Positions 1 to 9,912 of a DNA stretch of 64,000 bases are shown piece after piece (within the stretch, counting starts at the first letter, position 1; every line of letters starts with the position of its first letter). The stretch is taken from positions 1,498-65,497 of the forward strand of contig LBTN01000012.1 of the NCBI GenBank assembly GCA_000992085.1, read 5' to 3'. The translations under genes were made by a program, and so were the position numbers. The stretch is from Candidatus Magasanikbacteria bacterium GW2011_GWA2_37_8. GTDB taxonomy: Bacteria > Patescibacteriota > Patescibacteriia > Magasanikbacterales > GWA2-37-8. The notes beneath the pieces were generated by a model, which worked only from the letters and a program-made list of their open reading frames with translations, did not search any database and was not told the DNA's origin.

Positions 1-768
1 GCCAATTTCATCGGTAGAACCAAAACGATTTTTAGCCGCACGCAAGATTCGATATTGATGATATTTGTCGCCTTCTAAATACAAAACCACATCTACTAAA
101 TGTTCTAAAGTTTTGGGCCCAGCCACAGCACCGTCTTTAGTTACCTGGCCAATTAAAACAATAACTGCACCAGTGGTTTTGGCTAGTGCCATTAATTTGG
201 TGGTGCAAGCGCGAATTTGAGTGATATTGCCCGCTTCACCTTCGGCTTCGGATGAAGAAACGGTTTGGACAGAATCGATAATAGCCAAACTTGGATTTTT
301 TTGAATGGTAGCAATAATATTTTCGATGTTGGTAGTGTTGGCTAATTGAAGAGTGGGGGATTTTAATGCCAAGCGTTCGGCGCGAAGTTTTATTTGTTCG
401 ATAGATTCTTCGCCAGAAAGATAAAGTGCATTTGGTAATAGCGCAGCTAGTTGTAGTGCTAGAGTGGATTTACCCACACCTGGTTCGCCACCGAGTAGTA
501 TTAAACTACCTGGCACCAATCCGCCACCCAACACACGGTCTAATTCTTCCACACCAGTTTTTAGGCGTTTAAAATTTTTGCCCTGGATTTCGTCTAGGGT
601 TGTTGTTTTAATTGCGTCGTATTCATTTTCGATATTTAAATTTTTTTGTGTGTTTGCTTGTGCTTTCTCAATTGTTCCCCATTTTCCACATTCCAAACAC
701 CGTCCAATCCATTTTTGAAATTGGGCGTTACAGTTGGAACAAGAGAAAATAATGTTATTTTTATTCAT
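1..768 (-). CDS. radA: DNA repair protein RadA/Sms, N-terminal part (3' end runs off the window)
   Basis: Absent from the ORF track because it is open at the window edge. My minus-strand translation from the ATG (complement of 766-768) gives MNKNNIIFSCSNCNAQFQKWIGRCLECGKWGT (C4 zinc ribbon), Walker A GGEPGVGKSTL and RILRAAKNRFGSTDEIG (RadA KNRFG motif). Confidence 0.85.
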   Translation of the reverse strand, partial: MNKNNIIFSCSNCNAQFQKWIGRCLECGKWGTIEKAQANTQKNLNIENEYDAIKTTTLDEIQGKNFKRLKTGVEELDRVLGGGLVPGSLILLGGEPGVGKSTLALQLAALLPNALYLSGEESIEQIKLRAERLALKSPTLQLANTTNIENIIATIQKNPSLAIIDSVQTVSSSEAEGEAGNITQIRACTTKLMALAKTTGAVIVLIGQVTKDGAVAGPKTLEHLVDVVLYLEGDKYHQYRILRAAKNRFGSTDEIG

Positions 769-771
769 AAC

Positions 772-1899
772 CTAGGGGGTAACAGTAGTAGTAAATCTTA
801 AACTGGGTGTGTCTAGCGGGCATTTATCCTTATTGATAGTGGTTAAGATGTTTTCTACTCCCATCCCTTTAACTAGCCCAATCATTTTTCTAGCGCCTTT
901 GTCGGCTTCGGCTGCAATTACCCTAGCTGTTCTTTTACCACCAGTAGAATCAGCATATTTGCCACCACTTTGTTGCTCCCATGATGCGTGAATAAAGTTA
1001 TAAGCAGTGGTGTAGTTGCATGTTTTTGTAATAACATTGTTTAAAGTTCCTTGCCCACTTTGATGGCCGAGATAAATAAAATATGTTAATGAGTCGCCAT
1101 CAATGGCTGGGCAATTTTTTTTGATTTGAGTAATGGAATCACGTATCATGCTGGTGCCTACCGCTGTACTTAATTCTGGATTAGTAAGTTGGTTACATTT
1201 GTCGTCTAAACCATATCTTTTTAATGAACTTTGGCAATAAACATTTTTAGTTTGAAAAAGCCCTGCAAAACCTAAGCTGTTTACCACGTTAGCGTCTAAA
1301 GATGACTCTACATAAGCCATAGCTTTAATTATGTGCCAGTCAGTTGGGATACAGTTACCATATGTTTGGAATAATAAATCAAAGCCAGTAAAATTTAAGG
1401 CTTTAGGATGAAGCGGGGTAGGTGTTTCGCCTTTATCATAAACGTCCAAGGGTATCGGTTCGATATATTTTACCTTTAACGTCTTAAATTCTACCAGTGC
1501 TGGATTAACTGTATAAAGAATTGCGTAAGAGCCCCAGGCAATAAACAGGCCAATTATTGCTTGAAATATTTTTTTGTAACCTGAATTTTTGTTTTCGCCA
1601 CCACCAGAAGTAATAATACGTAAACCTTGGATAATAATCATTACTACAGCAATTATGCTAATTATTCCCAAACCAAATTTATAGACAGCAGCGATATATT
1701 CGCCAATCCAAGGCAGATGAAGATAGCCTTCGGCATCGACATTTTTTTCTACGTCGCTAAAAGTAAGCTGGGGGATGTTAACTTCTATAACTGGTTTGCT
1801 AATTTTTAAATCATCTGCAACGTTTGTAGTTTCGGCTGCACTTGCGTTGCCAACCAAAATTAATCCGCTAAGAATAATTAATAAAAAATATTTTCGCAT
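772..1899 (-). CDS. Secreted/membrane protein: N-terminal signal, pilin-like double-TM segment, C-terminal lytic transglycosylase (SLT) domain
   Basis: 375 aa ORF. Signal-like MRKYFLLIILSGLILVGNASA. Two hydrophobic helices (GLGIISIIAVVMIIIQG, IIGLFIAWGSYAILY) resemble VirB2/TrbC-type pilins. AMAYVESSLDANVVNSLGFAGLFQ matches the SLT catalytic E-S ... GLMQ-type motif. Confidence 0.6.
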   Translation of the reverse strand: MRKYFLLIILSGLILVGNASAAETTNVADDLKISKPVIEVNIPQLTFSDVEKNVDAEGYLHLPWIGEYIAAVYKFGLGIISIIAVVMIIIQGLRIITSGGGENKNSGYKKIFQAIIGLFIAWGSYAILYTVNPALVEFKTLKVKYIEPIPLDVYDKGETPTPLHPKALNFTGFDLLFQTYGNCIPTDWHIIKAMAYVESSLDANVVNSLGFAGLFQTKNVYCQSSLKRYGLDDKCNQLTNPELSTAVGTSMIRDSITQIKKNCPAIDGDSLTYFIYLGHQSGQGTLNNVITKTCNYTTAYNFIHASWEQQSGGKYADSTGGKRTARVIAAEADKGARKMIGLVKGMGVENILTTINKDKCPLDTPSLRFTTTVTP

Positions 1900-1936
1900 A
1901 AGTGTAGTTAGTGAGAGAAATGAATTTATTTAAAAA

Positions 1937-2596
1937 TTATTCTTTAGTAATAAATTTATTTAACATTTCAGCTAGATCAATATCGCTAGTTAAATTTATT
2001 TTTTTATTGTTGATAAAGAGGGCGGGGATAGTTTTTATTCCCAAAGCTTGAGCTAAGGATGCGTTGTCGGCGACATAATTTTTGGCTTCTTCCGAACTAG
2101 CGCACTGCCACCAGGCGCCGGTATTTAATTGTAATGCCTCAGCAGTTTTTTTCAGTCCTGCTTCTTTTAGATTAGTTTTTTCCTTCATTACTAAATCGAT
2201 AAATTGCCAAAATTTATTTTGTTTGCCTGCGCAATAGGCGGCTTGATGGGCAAGAATATTTCCGTCAGAAAACCAACCTGTGCTAGGAGCGTCTTTAAAA
2301 AATAGTCGCGCTTCTTGGGGATGGCTAGTGATGAATTTAGAAATAGAGTAATAAACAGTTTGGCATTCGGCACAACCTAAATCGGCAAATAAAACCAAAG
2401 TAAGTGGCGATCCGGGGTTGCCTAAAATTTGGTCGGTGGCACCAAGAGGGATGTCGGTTAAATTGGTATTGATAATTGGTTCTTTGGTGGGGTTGATTAC
2501 AATATTTCTGGCTTGTTTAATTTGGGTTGCAAATAAAAGGCCTGCGGTTAGCACTATGCCAATTAATAAAACAAATAATTTTTTTTGTTGAGGCAT
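1937..2596 (-). CDS. DsbA-family thiol:disulfide oxidoreductase, membrane anchored
   Basis: 219 aa. N-terminal TM helix, CxxC active site in FADLGCAECQTVY, thioredoxin-fold length and C-terminal TIPALFINNKK typical of the DsbA family. Confidence 0.7.
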   Translation of the reverse strand: MPQQKKLFVLLIGIVLTAGLLFATQIKQARNIVINPTKEPIINTNLTDIPLGATDQILGNPGSPLTLVLFADLGCAECQTVYYSISKFITSHPQEARLFFKDAPSTGWFSDGNILAHQAAYCAGKQNKFWQFIDLVMKEKTNLKEAGLKKTAEALQLNTGAWWQCASSEEAKNYVADNASLAQALGIKTIPALFINNKKINLTSDIDLAEMLNKFITKE

Positions 2597-2600
2597 AAAT

Positions 2601-3833
2601 TTAAATTTTTACATTAAATACCCCAGTTTTATTGGTATCAGTAAAATATAGTTTATTATTAATACTATCAAAATTAATATTTTTTATAGAGTATTCGTCG
2701 CCCAACGGAACATTAGTTTTGAGCCCGGTTTGTAAATCTATTTTATACAGATCGTCTTTTAAGCCAAGAGCTAATTCGGGAAGCATGCCAGCACCTTGAG
2801 GAAGATTGCGTGGTACAGCACAATACAAAACTTTATCACCGGCAAACGTACATTTATCCGCCCATGTATTAATTGCTAGAGATTGACGGGCAGAACCGAT
2901 ATCATCGCCATAGGCATTTACTACCCAAAGTTCTGGTTTGTAGTCACTTCTGGTGCTAAATACACTATAAAGTAATTTTTGACCAGTAGGTGACCATTGT
3001 GGTTCGAAACCAGCCCCCTCTACAATAGTAGATTTAAAATTTTCACCATTTAAACCAATAAATAAAACTTCACGACGGTCGGCGCCCAAAGCCTGGCCGG
3101 TCATAGAAAAAGCAGCGGTTTGGCGACTAGGCGACCAATCAATAATTACTTTGTCGGCGTTGTTGCCCATTGGTTCGATTAATTTGCTGCCAGTACCGTC
3201 GTCGTTAACAGTAATTAACCAACGACTTTCGGGGGATAGCCCCATGCTTTTGGCTGCGATTTGACTACTGTCGTTTGAGAAGGAAAATTCTTCCCAGTGC
3301 TTAGGTAAAGTTATTTGTTTTTTAGTTTCAAAATTATAAACAATTTTATTGCCATCAGGGTATTCTACAACTGCTTCATCTTTGGTTGGCGCCCAAGTAA
3401 CTTTATCGGCGTTGTAAAAAATTTGATCGGACATTTCTGTTATTGTGCCGTCGCCTGTAACGCGATAAAATTTTCCGTCGGCGGCGTTGTGATACCGCAA
3501 TCCACCGTTTTTATTGGTAGAAGTAAATAGAGCATAGTCGGTAGTAACTTGAGTAACTGGTTTGGCTTGGTAGTAGCTAGGGGTAACTTGAGGTATAGCA
3601 CCAGTTGGGGCGGCTTGTCCACGGACAAGTTCGCCAGCACCAGTGGTGGTGACGATAGGTGCAACCCTTTCACCAGCAGTTGGCAAAGCCCCAGGTGTGG
3701 TGGTTGCTACTGGGCGTGGTTTAAACGCTGTTGGTGTTGTTTTTTGGAATAAATAATACAGCCCAATACCAATTAGGGCAGCGGTGGCGAGTAGCGCACC
3801 GGCGAAAAGATTTTTTTTGAGAGTGGGAGACAT
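2601..3833 (-). CDS. TolB-like beta-propeller (PD40 repeat) protein, membrane anchored
   Basis: 410 aa. N-terminal TM, Pro/Thr-rich linker, repeated PD40-like motifs DWSPSRQTAAF and PQWSPTGQKLLY. Confidence 0.55.
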   Translation of the reverse strand: MSPTLKKNLFAGALLATAALIGIGLYYLFQKTTPTAFKPRPVATTTPGALPTAGERVAPIVTTTGAGELVRGQAAPTGAIPQVTPSYYQAKPVTQVTTDYALFTSTNKNGGLRYHNAADGKFYRVTGDGTITEMSDQIFYNADKVTWAPTKDEAVVEYPDGNKIVYNFETKKQITLPKHWEEFSFSNDSSQIAAKSMGLSPESRWLITVNDDGTGSKLIEPMGNNADKVIIDWSPSRQTAAFSMTGQALGADRREVLFIGLNGENFKSTIVEGAGFEPQWSPTGQKLLYSVFSTRSDYKPELWVVNAYGDDIGSARQSLAINTWADKCTFAGDKVLYCAVPRNLPQGAGMLPELALGLKDDLYKIDLQTGLKTNVPLGDEYSIKNINFDSINNKLYFTDTNKTGVFNVKI

Positions 3834-3872
3834 ACGGTGAATTTTTAATTTTTAATTTTGTAATTTTTGAAA

Positions 3873-5141
3873 TTATAGGGCTTCAGCCATTTGTGCTTGT
3901 TCTGCCTGTTGCTGTTCGCGTTGGGCCTCTAGTTGAAAAACATTTTGGAGATTATAAATTCTTAACTCCGTTTTTACATATTTTTTAGACAAATCTTTTT
4001 TGTTATCTTCTAATTTTTTTATTTTGCCTTTAGTATCGCTCATTATTAATTCTAGTGCTTTAAATAATCCATAGACTAAACCAATGCCAGTAAAGGCCGC
4101 AATTGTAGCTTTGATAATTTCTCGACGATGAGCTTTTTTTATTTTTTTTATCTCTTTATCAATATCGCCCATCTTCTTTTTTAAATCTTTTGCTTCTTTT
4201 TTTAAAGTTAAAATTTGCCGACGATTTCTTACTGATTTAATTTTACTAAACGGTTTACCAACTGTACGATTAAGGCCTGCTTTTGTTTGATTTTTATCTT
4301 GACGACGTTGTTCATCTTTGTTATTTGCCTGTTCTTGGGCTAATCGTTTTTTCTTTTCTTCAGGGGTTTCTTCTGGTTCGGTAGTATCGCCGCCCGTTGG
4401 TTTTTCGGTTGGAGTTAGACCTTGTTTTTCTTCTGGTTTAGCTTTAGCATCTTTAGCACGGTTAGAAGACAAATCGTTAGCTGCCCCCTGTTCAGCGTCG
4501 GGGTTTATTTTTGGAGTTTGACTAGCGTCAGGAGTAGATATTGGCTGGTCGCCAGGTAATTTTGGTTTTGTCTCTATCTTTTTATTGATTCTATTTTCGT
4601 GATTGTCGGGTTTTATTGGTTTTGGAGTAGGAGCTGGAATATCAGAAGATGGCGTTGCTGCCGGTTCGGTTGTCTGTCCTTTTGCTTGGGTGTCTACTGG
4701 TGTTGGTTTGGTCGGAATATTGCTGGCTGGTGTTTCTTTTGATGCTGTTTCAACAGGAGCTCCTGCGACTAATTCGTTAGCATCTGGTTTATTTAAATCG
4801 GGTTCTTTATTTTCGCCATCAACTTCTTCATTTTCACCTGCAACATCAGTTTTAGGGGTATTATCTGGTGCGGGTGCGGCAGCAGGTATAGCTTTTGGGC
4901 TAATGTCATCTGGTGTTTGTTCGGTTTTTGTATCGGTTGTGGTGGGCGCAGTAGCAGTTGGTATTTCTACCTTTATTTTTAAAGAATTTGGCGTGTCACC
5001 CTTTTCTACCAATACACCATCGCCTTGGGCTGTAGCGTCAGAAACAACAACACCATCACCACTGGCGTCGTTATTATTTGGGGCAGCTTTTACAGAATCG
5101 TCGCCCTCAATCTTGATTTGTGGTTCGGCTTCATCAGGCAT
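3873..5141 (-). CDS. Low-complexity Pro/Thr/Ala/Lys-rich protein with one TM helix near the C-terminus and coiled-coil segments; function unknown
   Basis: 422 aa ORF. Long disordered N-terminal half, Lys-rich region, TM IIKATIAAFTGIGLVYGLF. No recognisable catalytic motif. Confidence 0.45.
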   Translation of the reverse strand: MPDEAEPQIKIEGDDSVKAAPNNNDASGDGVVVSDATAQGDGVLVEKGDTPNSLKIKVEIPTATAPTTTDTKTEQTPDDISPKAIPAAAPAPDNTPKTDVAGENEEVDGENKEPDLNKPDANELVAGAPVETASKETPASNIPTKPTPVDTQAKGQTTEPAATPSSDIPAPTPKPIKPDNHENRINKKIETKPKLPGDQPISTPDASQTPKINPDAEQGAANDLSSNRAKDAKAKPEEKQGLTPTEKPTGGDTTEPEETPEEKKKRLAQEQANNKDEQRRQDKNQTKAGLNRTVGKPFSKIKSVRNRRQILTLKKEAKDLKKKMGDIDKEIKKIKKAHRREIIKATIAAFTGIGLVYGLFKALELIMSDTKGKIKKLEDNKKDLSKKYVKTELRIYNLQNVFQLEAQREQQQAEQAQMAEAL

Positions 5142-5242
5142 TTGATAATATTATACCAGTTTTAACAAAATTTAGCCATTTGTATTTTTATGTAAGGTAT
5201 TATATAATTATTCTACCTTTAATTCAAGTTAAAAAATGATGT

Positions 5243-6604
5243 ATGTTTCCGGAAAATATTTTTAAAGCCTATGATATTCGCGGGATCTATCCCGATGAAT
5301 TAAATGAAGATTTGGCCTATAAGATTGGGCGAGCCTATATAATATTAAGACAAACAGAACTTGGTAGAAAAAATATGAAAATTGCGATAGGCCACGATAT
5401 GCGCTTGTCTTCGCCGTCGTTATTTGCAGAATTAAAAAGAGGTCTTAAAGAGCAGGGCGCAGACGTTGTAGATATTGGTTTGGTTTCTACTCCAACTTAT
5501 TATTTTGCTGTTTCTTTTTATAATTATGATGGCGGCTTATTAATTTCCGCTTCTCATAATCCTAAGGAATATAATGGTATAAAGATTGTCCGAGAAAAAG
5601 CCAAGCCTTTGGGTAACGGCACTGGTATGGAGGAATTAAAAGAGATAGTTAAGAAGGGCGAATTTTTAGAATCTGATTATCTTGGTACAGAAGAAACTAA
5701 CGAGAATGTTTTAGAAGATGAAACCGTTTTATGCGAAAAGTATTCTGATTTAATAAAAATTAAACCCATGAAAATTGTGATAGATACTGCTAATTCTATG
5801 GGTATAGTTTATTTAGAGCGTTTGTTTAAAGATTTACCACAACTTACAATTATAAAAATGAACGATAAATTAGACGGGACTTTTCCTGCGCATCAGGCCG
5901 ATCCTCTACAAGAGAAAAATATAAAAGATTTGGAGGAAAGAGTAATAACAGAAAAAGCTGATTTAGGTATAGCCACCGATGGTGATGGGGACAGAATTTT
6001 TTTCGTTGATAACTTAGGCAAAAGAATTAGACCGGAGATAATGCGCGGTATTTTGGCGCAGACGTTTTTAAAAGATAATCCAGGTGCAACTATTTGTTAT
6101 GATATACGGCCGGGAAAGATTACCGAAGATATGATTTTAGAAGCTGGTGGCAAACCATCGGTTACTAAAGTGGGGCATTCGCTTATAAAAAGGCAAATGA
6201 TAGAAACCGGTGCGGTTTTTGGCGGTGAATCTTCTGGACATTTTTTTGTACAATTTCCCCACGGTACATATGAGGCGCCAATGATTGCGACCCTGAGATT
6301 TTTGCAAGTAATTTCAGAAAGTAATTTATCATCAGCGGATTATGTTAAACCGTTAGATAAATATTTTCATTCTGGCGAAATAAATTTTACAGTTAGCGAC
6401 AAAGAAAGAGTTTTAGAAGCATTAAAAATAAAATACGCTGATGCTAAAATCAATTCTTTGGATGGTCTAACTTTTACTTATCCGGATTTTTGGTTTAACG
6501 TTCGCGCGAGCAACACCGAACCGTTGTTGCGTTTAAATCTAGAATCCACATCTAAAGAGTTGATGGAAGAGAAATTAATTGAAATTAAAAATATAATTTT
6601 ATAA
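5243..6604 (+). CDS. Phosphomannomutase/phosphoglucomutase (alpha-D-phosphohexomutase family)
   Basis: 453 aa. Active-site serine loop SASHNPKEYNGIK, metal-binding loop ATDGDGDRIFFVD, sugar-binding GGESSGH. Confidence 0.85.
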   Translation: MFPENIFKAYDIRGIYPDELNEDLAYKIGRAYIILRQTELGRKNMKIAIGHDMRLSSPSLFAELKRGLKEQGADVVDIGLVSTPTYYFAVSFYNYDGGLLISASHNPKEYNGIKIVREKAKPLGNGTGMEELKEIVKKGEFLESDYLGTEETNENVLEDETVLCEKYSDLIKIKPMKIVIDTANSMGIVYLERLFKDLPQLTIIKMNDKLDGTFPAHQADPLQEKNIKDLEERVITEKADLGIATDGDGDRIFFVDNLGKRIRPEIMRGILAQTFLKDNPGATICYDIRPGKITEDMILEAGGKPSVTKVGHSLIKRQMIETGAVFGGESSGHFFVQFPHGTYEAPMIATLRFLQVISESNLSSADYVKPLDKYFHSGEINFTVSDKERVLEALKIKYADAKINSLDGLTFTYPDFWFNVRASNTEPLLRLNLESTSKELMEEKLIEIKNIIL

Positions 6605-6608
6605 TAAT

Positions 6609-7031
6609 ATGGTTGAAGGTAAAAAGGGGTTAGAAATGATGCGCCAAGGTGTTGGTCCGAGGCGTTTTACACAAAGCCAGCGCGCGGCGATGGTTGAGGC
6701 TAGAGATTCTTATTCAGTTTATAGAGCGGTAGACCAAATAAGAAGTGATTATGCCAATGCGGAGAGAGGAGATCTAGAGCGAGCTCAGGAATTGATGAAA
6801 GAAATGGGGGTAAGATTTGGTATTGTTATTGGCGAAGATGGTAAGGTAATTCATCCGCCTTTAGAAATAGAAACAAACGCCGGAATGTTTCGAGAAATTA
6901 GAATCCTTTCAATTGATTACAAGGGTCGTTGTGATTGGCAGTTTGTAAAAGCGAAAGAGCCAAAGATTGGTCATACGGTTATTCAAAATTTAATATCAGC
7001 AATGAATTTAAGAAGAAAAGAAGTTAAATAG
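6609..7031 (+). CDS. Hypothetical protein
   Basis: 140 aa ORF tightly following the mutase gene. No motif recognised. Confidence 0.4.
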   Translation: MVEGKKGLEMMRQGVGPRRFTQSQRAAMVEARDSYSVYRAVDQIRSDYANAERGDLERAQELMKEMGVRFGIVIGEDGKVIHPPLEIETNAGMFREIRILSIDYKGRCDWQFVKAKEPKIGHTVIQNLISAMNLRRKEVK

Positions 7032-7049
7032 TTGATCAAATTAAATTTA

Positions 7050-7077
7050 AAAATACCTGCCAATTGGCAGGTATTTT
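7050..7077. terminator. Bidirectional intrinsic terminator between convergent genes
   Basis: Perfect hairpin aaaatacctgcc-aatt-ggcaggtatttt, with an A-run on the 5' side and a T-run on the 3' side. It lies between the stops at 7031 (+) and 7081 (-). Confidence 0.6.
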
Positions 7078-7080
7078 TGT

Positions 7081-7980
7081 TTAAATCATCCCTCGTAACT
7101 TATTTATTCTGTCTTCGATCGGTGGATGGGTAGAAAACAATCCGGTAAAACTTTTGGCTTTTAGTGGGTTTGAAATAAAAAGATGAGCGGTGGCAGCTGA
7201 AGCATTAGCCATCGGTATGTTTGAAGAAGAAATTTTTTCAAGAGCACTAGCCAAGCCTTCGGGGTAGCGGGTAAGTAGCACTCCATCGGCATCAGCCAAA
7301 TATTCACGTTTGCGGGAGATTGCGAGTTTTATGAGCTCGGCAATAATAGGGGATAAAATTAATAAAATCAAACCAACTATCATTATTATTCCGCCTAATT
7401 GTCCGCCACCATTATCATTATTACGTTTGCCACCAAACATTCTGATTCTAAAAAACCAATTAGAAAGTAAAGCAATTGTTCCAACCAGAACTACCACTAC
7501 TGTCATCAAGCGAATATCGTAATTTTTTACGTGGGACATTTCGTGGGCGATCACACCCTCTAATTCTTGATCGGTTAGGGCATTGATAATCCCAGTGGTT
7601 AAGGCAATGGAAGCATGCTCTGGGTCGCGTCCACAAGCAAAAGCGTTTAACGCCGGTGAATTAATAAGATAGATTTTTGGCATTGGTACACCAGCGGTAA
7701 TGCTTAAATTTTCTATCAAATGAAATACGCGCTGGTTTTCTTCTTCGGTAATTTGTTTTGCTCCAGTAGACACTAGCGCAATCGCATCACCTTTGTAATA
7801 ACTTACTAAAGTCATTATAGCTGAAATAATAATCGCAAAAATAACTAATTCGTAGTTATAACCTAAATATTGATCTGCAAACCAAGCGATACTAATTATA
7901 AAAGCTAAGAATATTGCCATTAAAATTCCGGTTTTGCGTTTGTTAGAGTCGATTTGAGAGTACATAGTTTTTAATGGCAA
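7081..7980 (-). CDS. htpX: Zinc metalloprotease HtpX (M48 family)
   Basis: 299 aa, four TM segments, HEMSH zinc motif in GVIAHEMSHVKNYD, C-terminal STHPPIEDRI. Confidence 0.9.
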   Translation of the reverse strand: MPLKTMYSQIDSNKRKTGILMAIFLAFIISIAWFADQYLGYNYELVIFAIIISAIMTLVSYYKGDAIALVSTGAKQITEEENQRVFHLIENLSITAGVPMPKIYLINSPALNAFACGRDPEHASIALTTGIINALTDQELEGVIAHEMSHVKNYDIRLMTVVVVLVGTIALLSNWFFRIRMFGGKRNNDNGGGQLGGIIMIVGLILLILSPIIAELIKLAISRKREYLADADGVLLTRYPEGLASALEKISSSNIPMANASAATAHLFISNPLKAKSFTGLFSTHPPIEDRINKLRGMI

Positions 7981-8068
7981 ATTTTTAATTTTAAATTTCT
8001 AATAAAATGCCTAATTCTAAAATTTGACATTATGATTTTATCATTAATGTGATATTAGAAATTAATAA

Positions 8069-8656
8069 TTAGAATTTTACTTGGACGTTTTGTTTTTCAC
8101 CGTCGGCGGCTTGGAAGAATTCGTAGGCTTTAAAGTTTAACATGCCAGCGATAAGGTTGGTAGGGAAGACTTGAATTTTGGTGTTGAAGTCGCGAACATT
8201 ACCGTTGTAAAAACGGCGAGAAGCTTGGATTTTATTTTCCGTGTCGGATAGTTCGCTTTGTAGTTGTAAGAAATTTTGACTAGCTTTTAGATCTGGATAA
8301 TTTTCGGACAAAGCAAACAAGCTTTTTAGAGTACCAGATAAGGCGTTTTCGGCTTGTTCTTTTTCTGCTAAAGTAGCATTTTTATCATCGTGGACATTCA
8401 TAGCGGCGGTGCGGGCTTCGGTTAATTTTACCAAAGTATCTTGTTCGTGAGTCATGTAGCCTTTTACAGTTTCCATTAAGTTTGGGATCAAATCATAACG
8501 GCGTTTAAGTTGCACGTCAATATCGCTAGCTGCTTCGTTGGCGCGATTACGACTTTTGATTAATCCATTAAAAGTTCCGACTAGCCATAGTACCAAAACG
8601 GCGACTACAGCCAAAATAACGTAGGTTGCTGTCATATATATTAAATTATCAGCCAA
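8069..8656 (-). CDS. lemA: LemA family protein
   Basis: 195 aa. N-terminal TM plus the conserved LemA pattern (YNGLIKSRN-like FNGLIKSRNR, RRYDLIPNL, ENYPDLKA, RRFYNGNVRDFNT). Confidence 0.85.
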   Translation of the reverse strand: MADNLIYMTATYVILAVVAVLVLWLVGTFNGLIKSRNRANEAASDIDVQLKRRYDLIPNLMETVKGYMTHEQDTLVKLTEARTAAMNVHDDKNATLAEKEQAENALSGTLKSLFALSENYPDLKASQNFLQLQSELSDTENKIQASRRFYNGNVRDFNTKIQVFPTNLIAGMLNFKAYEFFQAADGEKQNVQVKF

Positions 8657-8742
8657 TTTAAAGGTATTGGCTTTTTATATCTATTAGTATATAATACTAG
8701 CCAGTATCTGGCAAGAGATTCGGATAATTTTAATTTTTTATT

Positions 8743-9909
8743 ATGTTCACTTTGATTACTTTTATTATCGTTTTGGCTTTGTTAGTTTTTTCTCACGAGT
8801 TTGGTCATTTTATCGTTGCGCGTAAAAATGGAATCAAAGTAGAGGAATTCGGTTTTGGTTTTCCACCTCGATTATTTGGGGTGCAATATAAGCCAGAACA
8901 AAAGAAGTTTATTTGGATATTTGGTAACCGCGATTTAACCGAAGAAGAAAAAGCTGACGACACAGTCTATTCTTTTAATTTGGTACCACTAGGTGGTTTT
9001 GTAAAAATTAAAGGTGAAGATGGCGAAGCGCCGCTCGCTCCTGATAGTTTTGGAAGCAAACCAGCTTGGCGTAGAGCGTCTGTGTTGGCTGCTGGAGTAG
9101 CAATGAATATAATTTTGGCTGCTGTTTTATTATCTGTTGGTTTTATAATAGGAATGCCACAGGTTGTAGACGACGGCGCTGTGGTAGCAGTGCGTGATCG
9201 CCATTTAACTATTATTCAAGTTTTGCCAGACACTCCAGCCAAAGTAGCTGGTTTAGAAAGCGGTGATAAAATTATCCAAATTGGCGAGTTGAATAATCCA
9301 GAGGTAACAGCCATGCAAGATTATATTAATAGTAATAAAGATCAAACTTTATCAATTACCGTTAAGCGTGGCGAAGAAGAAATTAAGAAAGAAATCAAAC
9401 CAGTTATTTACCCTGATACTGGTAAAGCAGGCATCGGAGTAGCAATTGCAACGGTTGGTTTGGTTAAATATCCTTGGTATCAAGCTATTTACGAAGGTAT
9501 AAAAGCTACCGGCTGGTATTTGAAAGAAATTATTGTGGCTTTTTATGGGTTAATCTCTGCTCTAGTGGTAGGCAAAGGTGTGTCTTCTGCTGTTTCTGGG
9601 CCAGTAGGTATAGCCACCATGACGGGTGAAGTAGCCAGATTAGGTTGGTCTTATCTATTGCAATTTACGGCGATGTTATCTTTAAATTTGGCAGTACTAA
9701 ATATTTTGCCAATTCCAGCTTTAGACGGTGGACGTTTGTTGTTTTTAGTCATTGGTAAAATTAGGCGTCGGCCAATTTCTACTAAAGTTGAACAAGTAAT
9801 TCACTCGGTTGGTTTTATGCTGTTAATGTTATTAGTAGTAATTATTACAGTTAAAGATTTGCGTGTTTTTGAAGGCGCTTTTTTTCATTTTATTAATCGT
9901 TTATTTTAA
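8743..9909 (+). CDS. rseP: RIP metalloprotease RseP (site-2 protease, M50) with PDZ domain
   Basis: 388 aa. HEFGHF zinc motif at the N-terminus, central PDZ-like segment (GLESGDKIIQIG), C-terminal NILPIPALDGG motif. Confidence 0.85.
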   Translation: MFTLITFIIVLALLVFSHEFGHFIVARKNGIKVEEFGFGFPPRLFGVQYKPEQKKFIWIFGNRDLTEEEKADDTVYSFNLVPLGGFVKIKGEDGEAPLAPDSFGSKPAWRRASVLAAGVAMNIILAAVLLSVGFIIGMPQVVDDGAVVAVRDRHLTIIQVLPDTPAKVAGLESGDKIIQIGELNNPEVTAMQDYINSNKDQTLSITVKRGEEEIKKEIKPVIYPDTGKAGIGVAIATVGLVKYPWYQAIYEGIKATGWYLKEIIVAFYGLISALVVGKGVSSAVSGPVGIATMTGEVARLGWSYLLQFTAMLSLNLAVLNILPIPALDGGRLLFLVIGKIRRRPISTKVEQVIHSVGFMLLMLLVVIITVKDLRVFEGAFFHFINRLF

Positions 9910-9912
9910 TAT

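Noticed and set aside
4603-5145. 180-aa plus-strand ORF, and other long antisense ORFs (464-718, 11563-12000, 12352-12969, 33140-33598, 38103-38438, 52400-52813, 60618-61019).
   Set aside because: Each lies entirely antisense within a gene that has strong motif support, or within a low-complexity gene. Their products are low-complexity or hydrophobic with no motifs. They are typical shadow ORFs.
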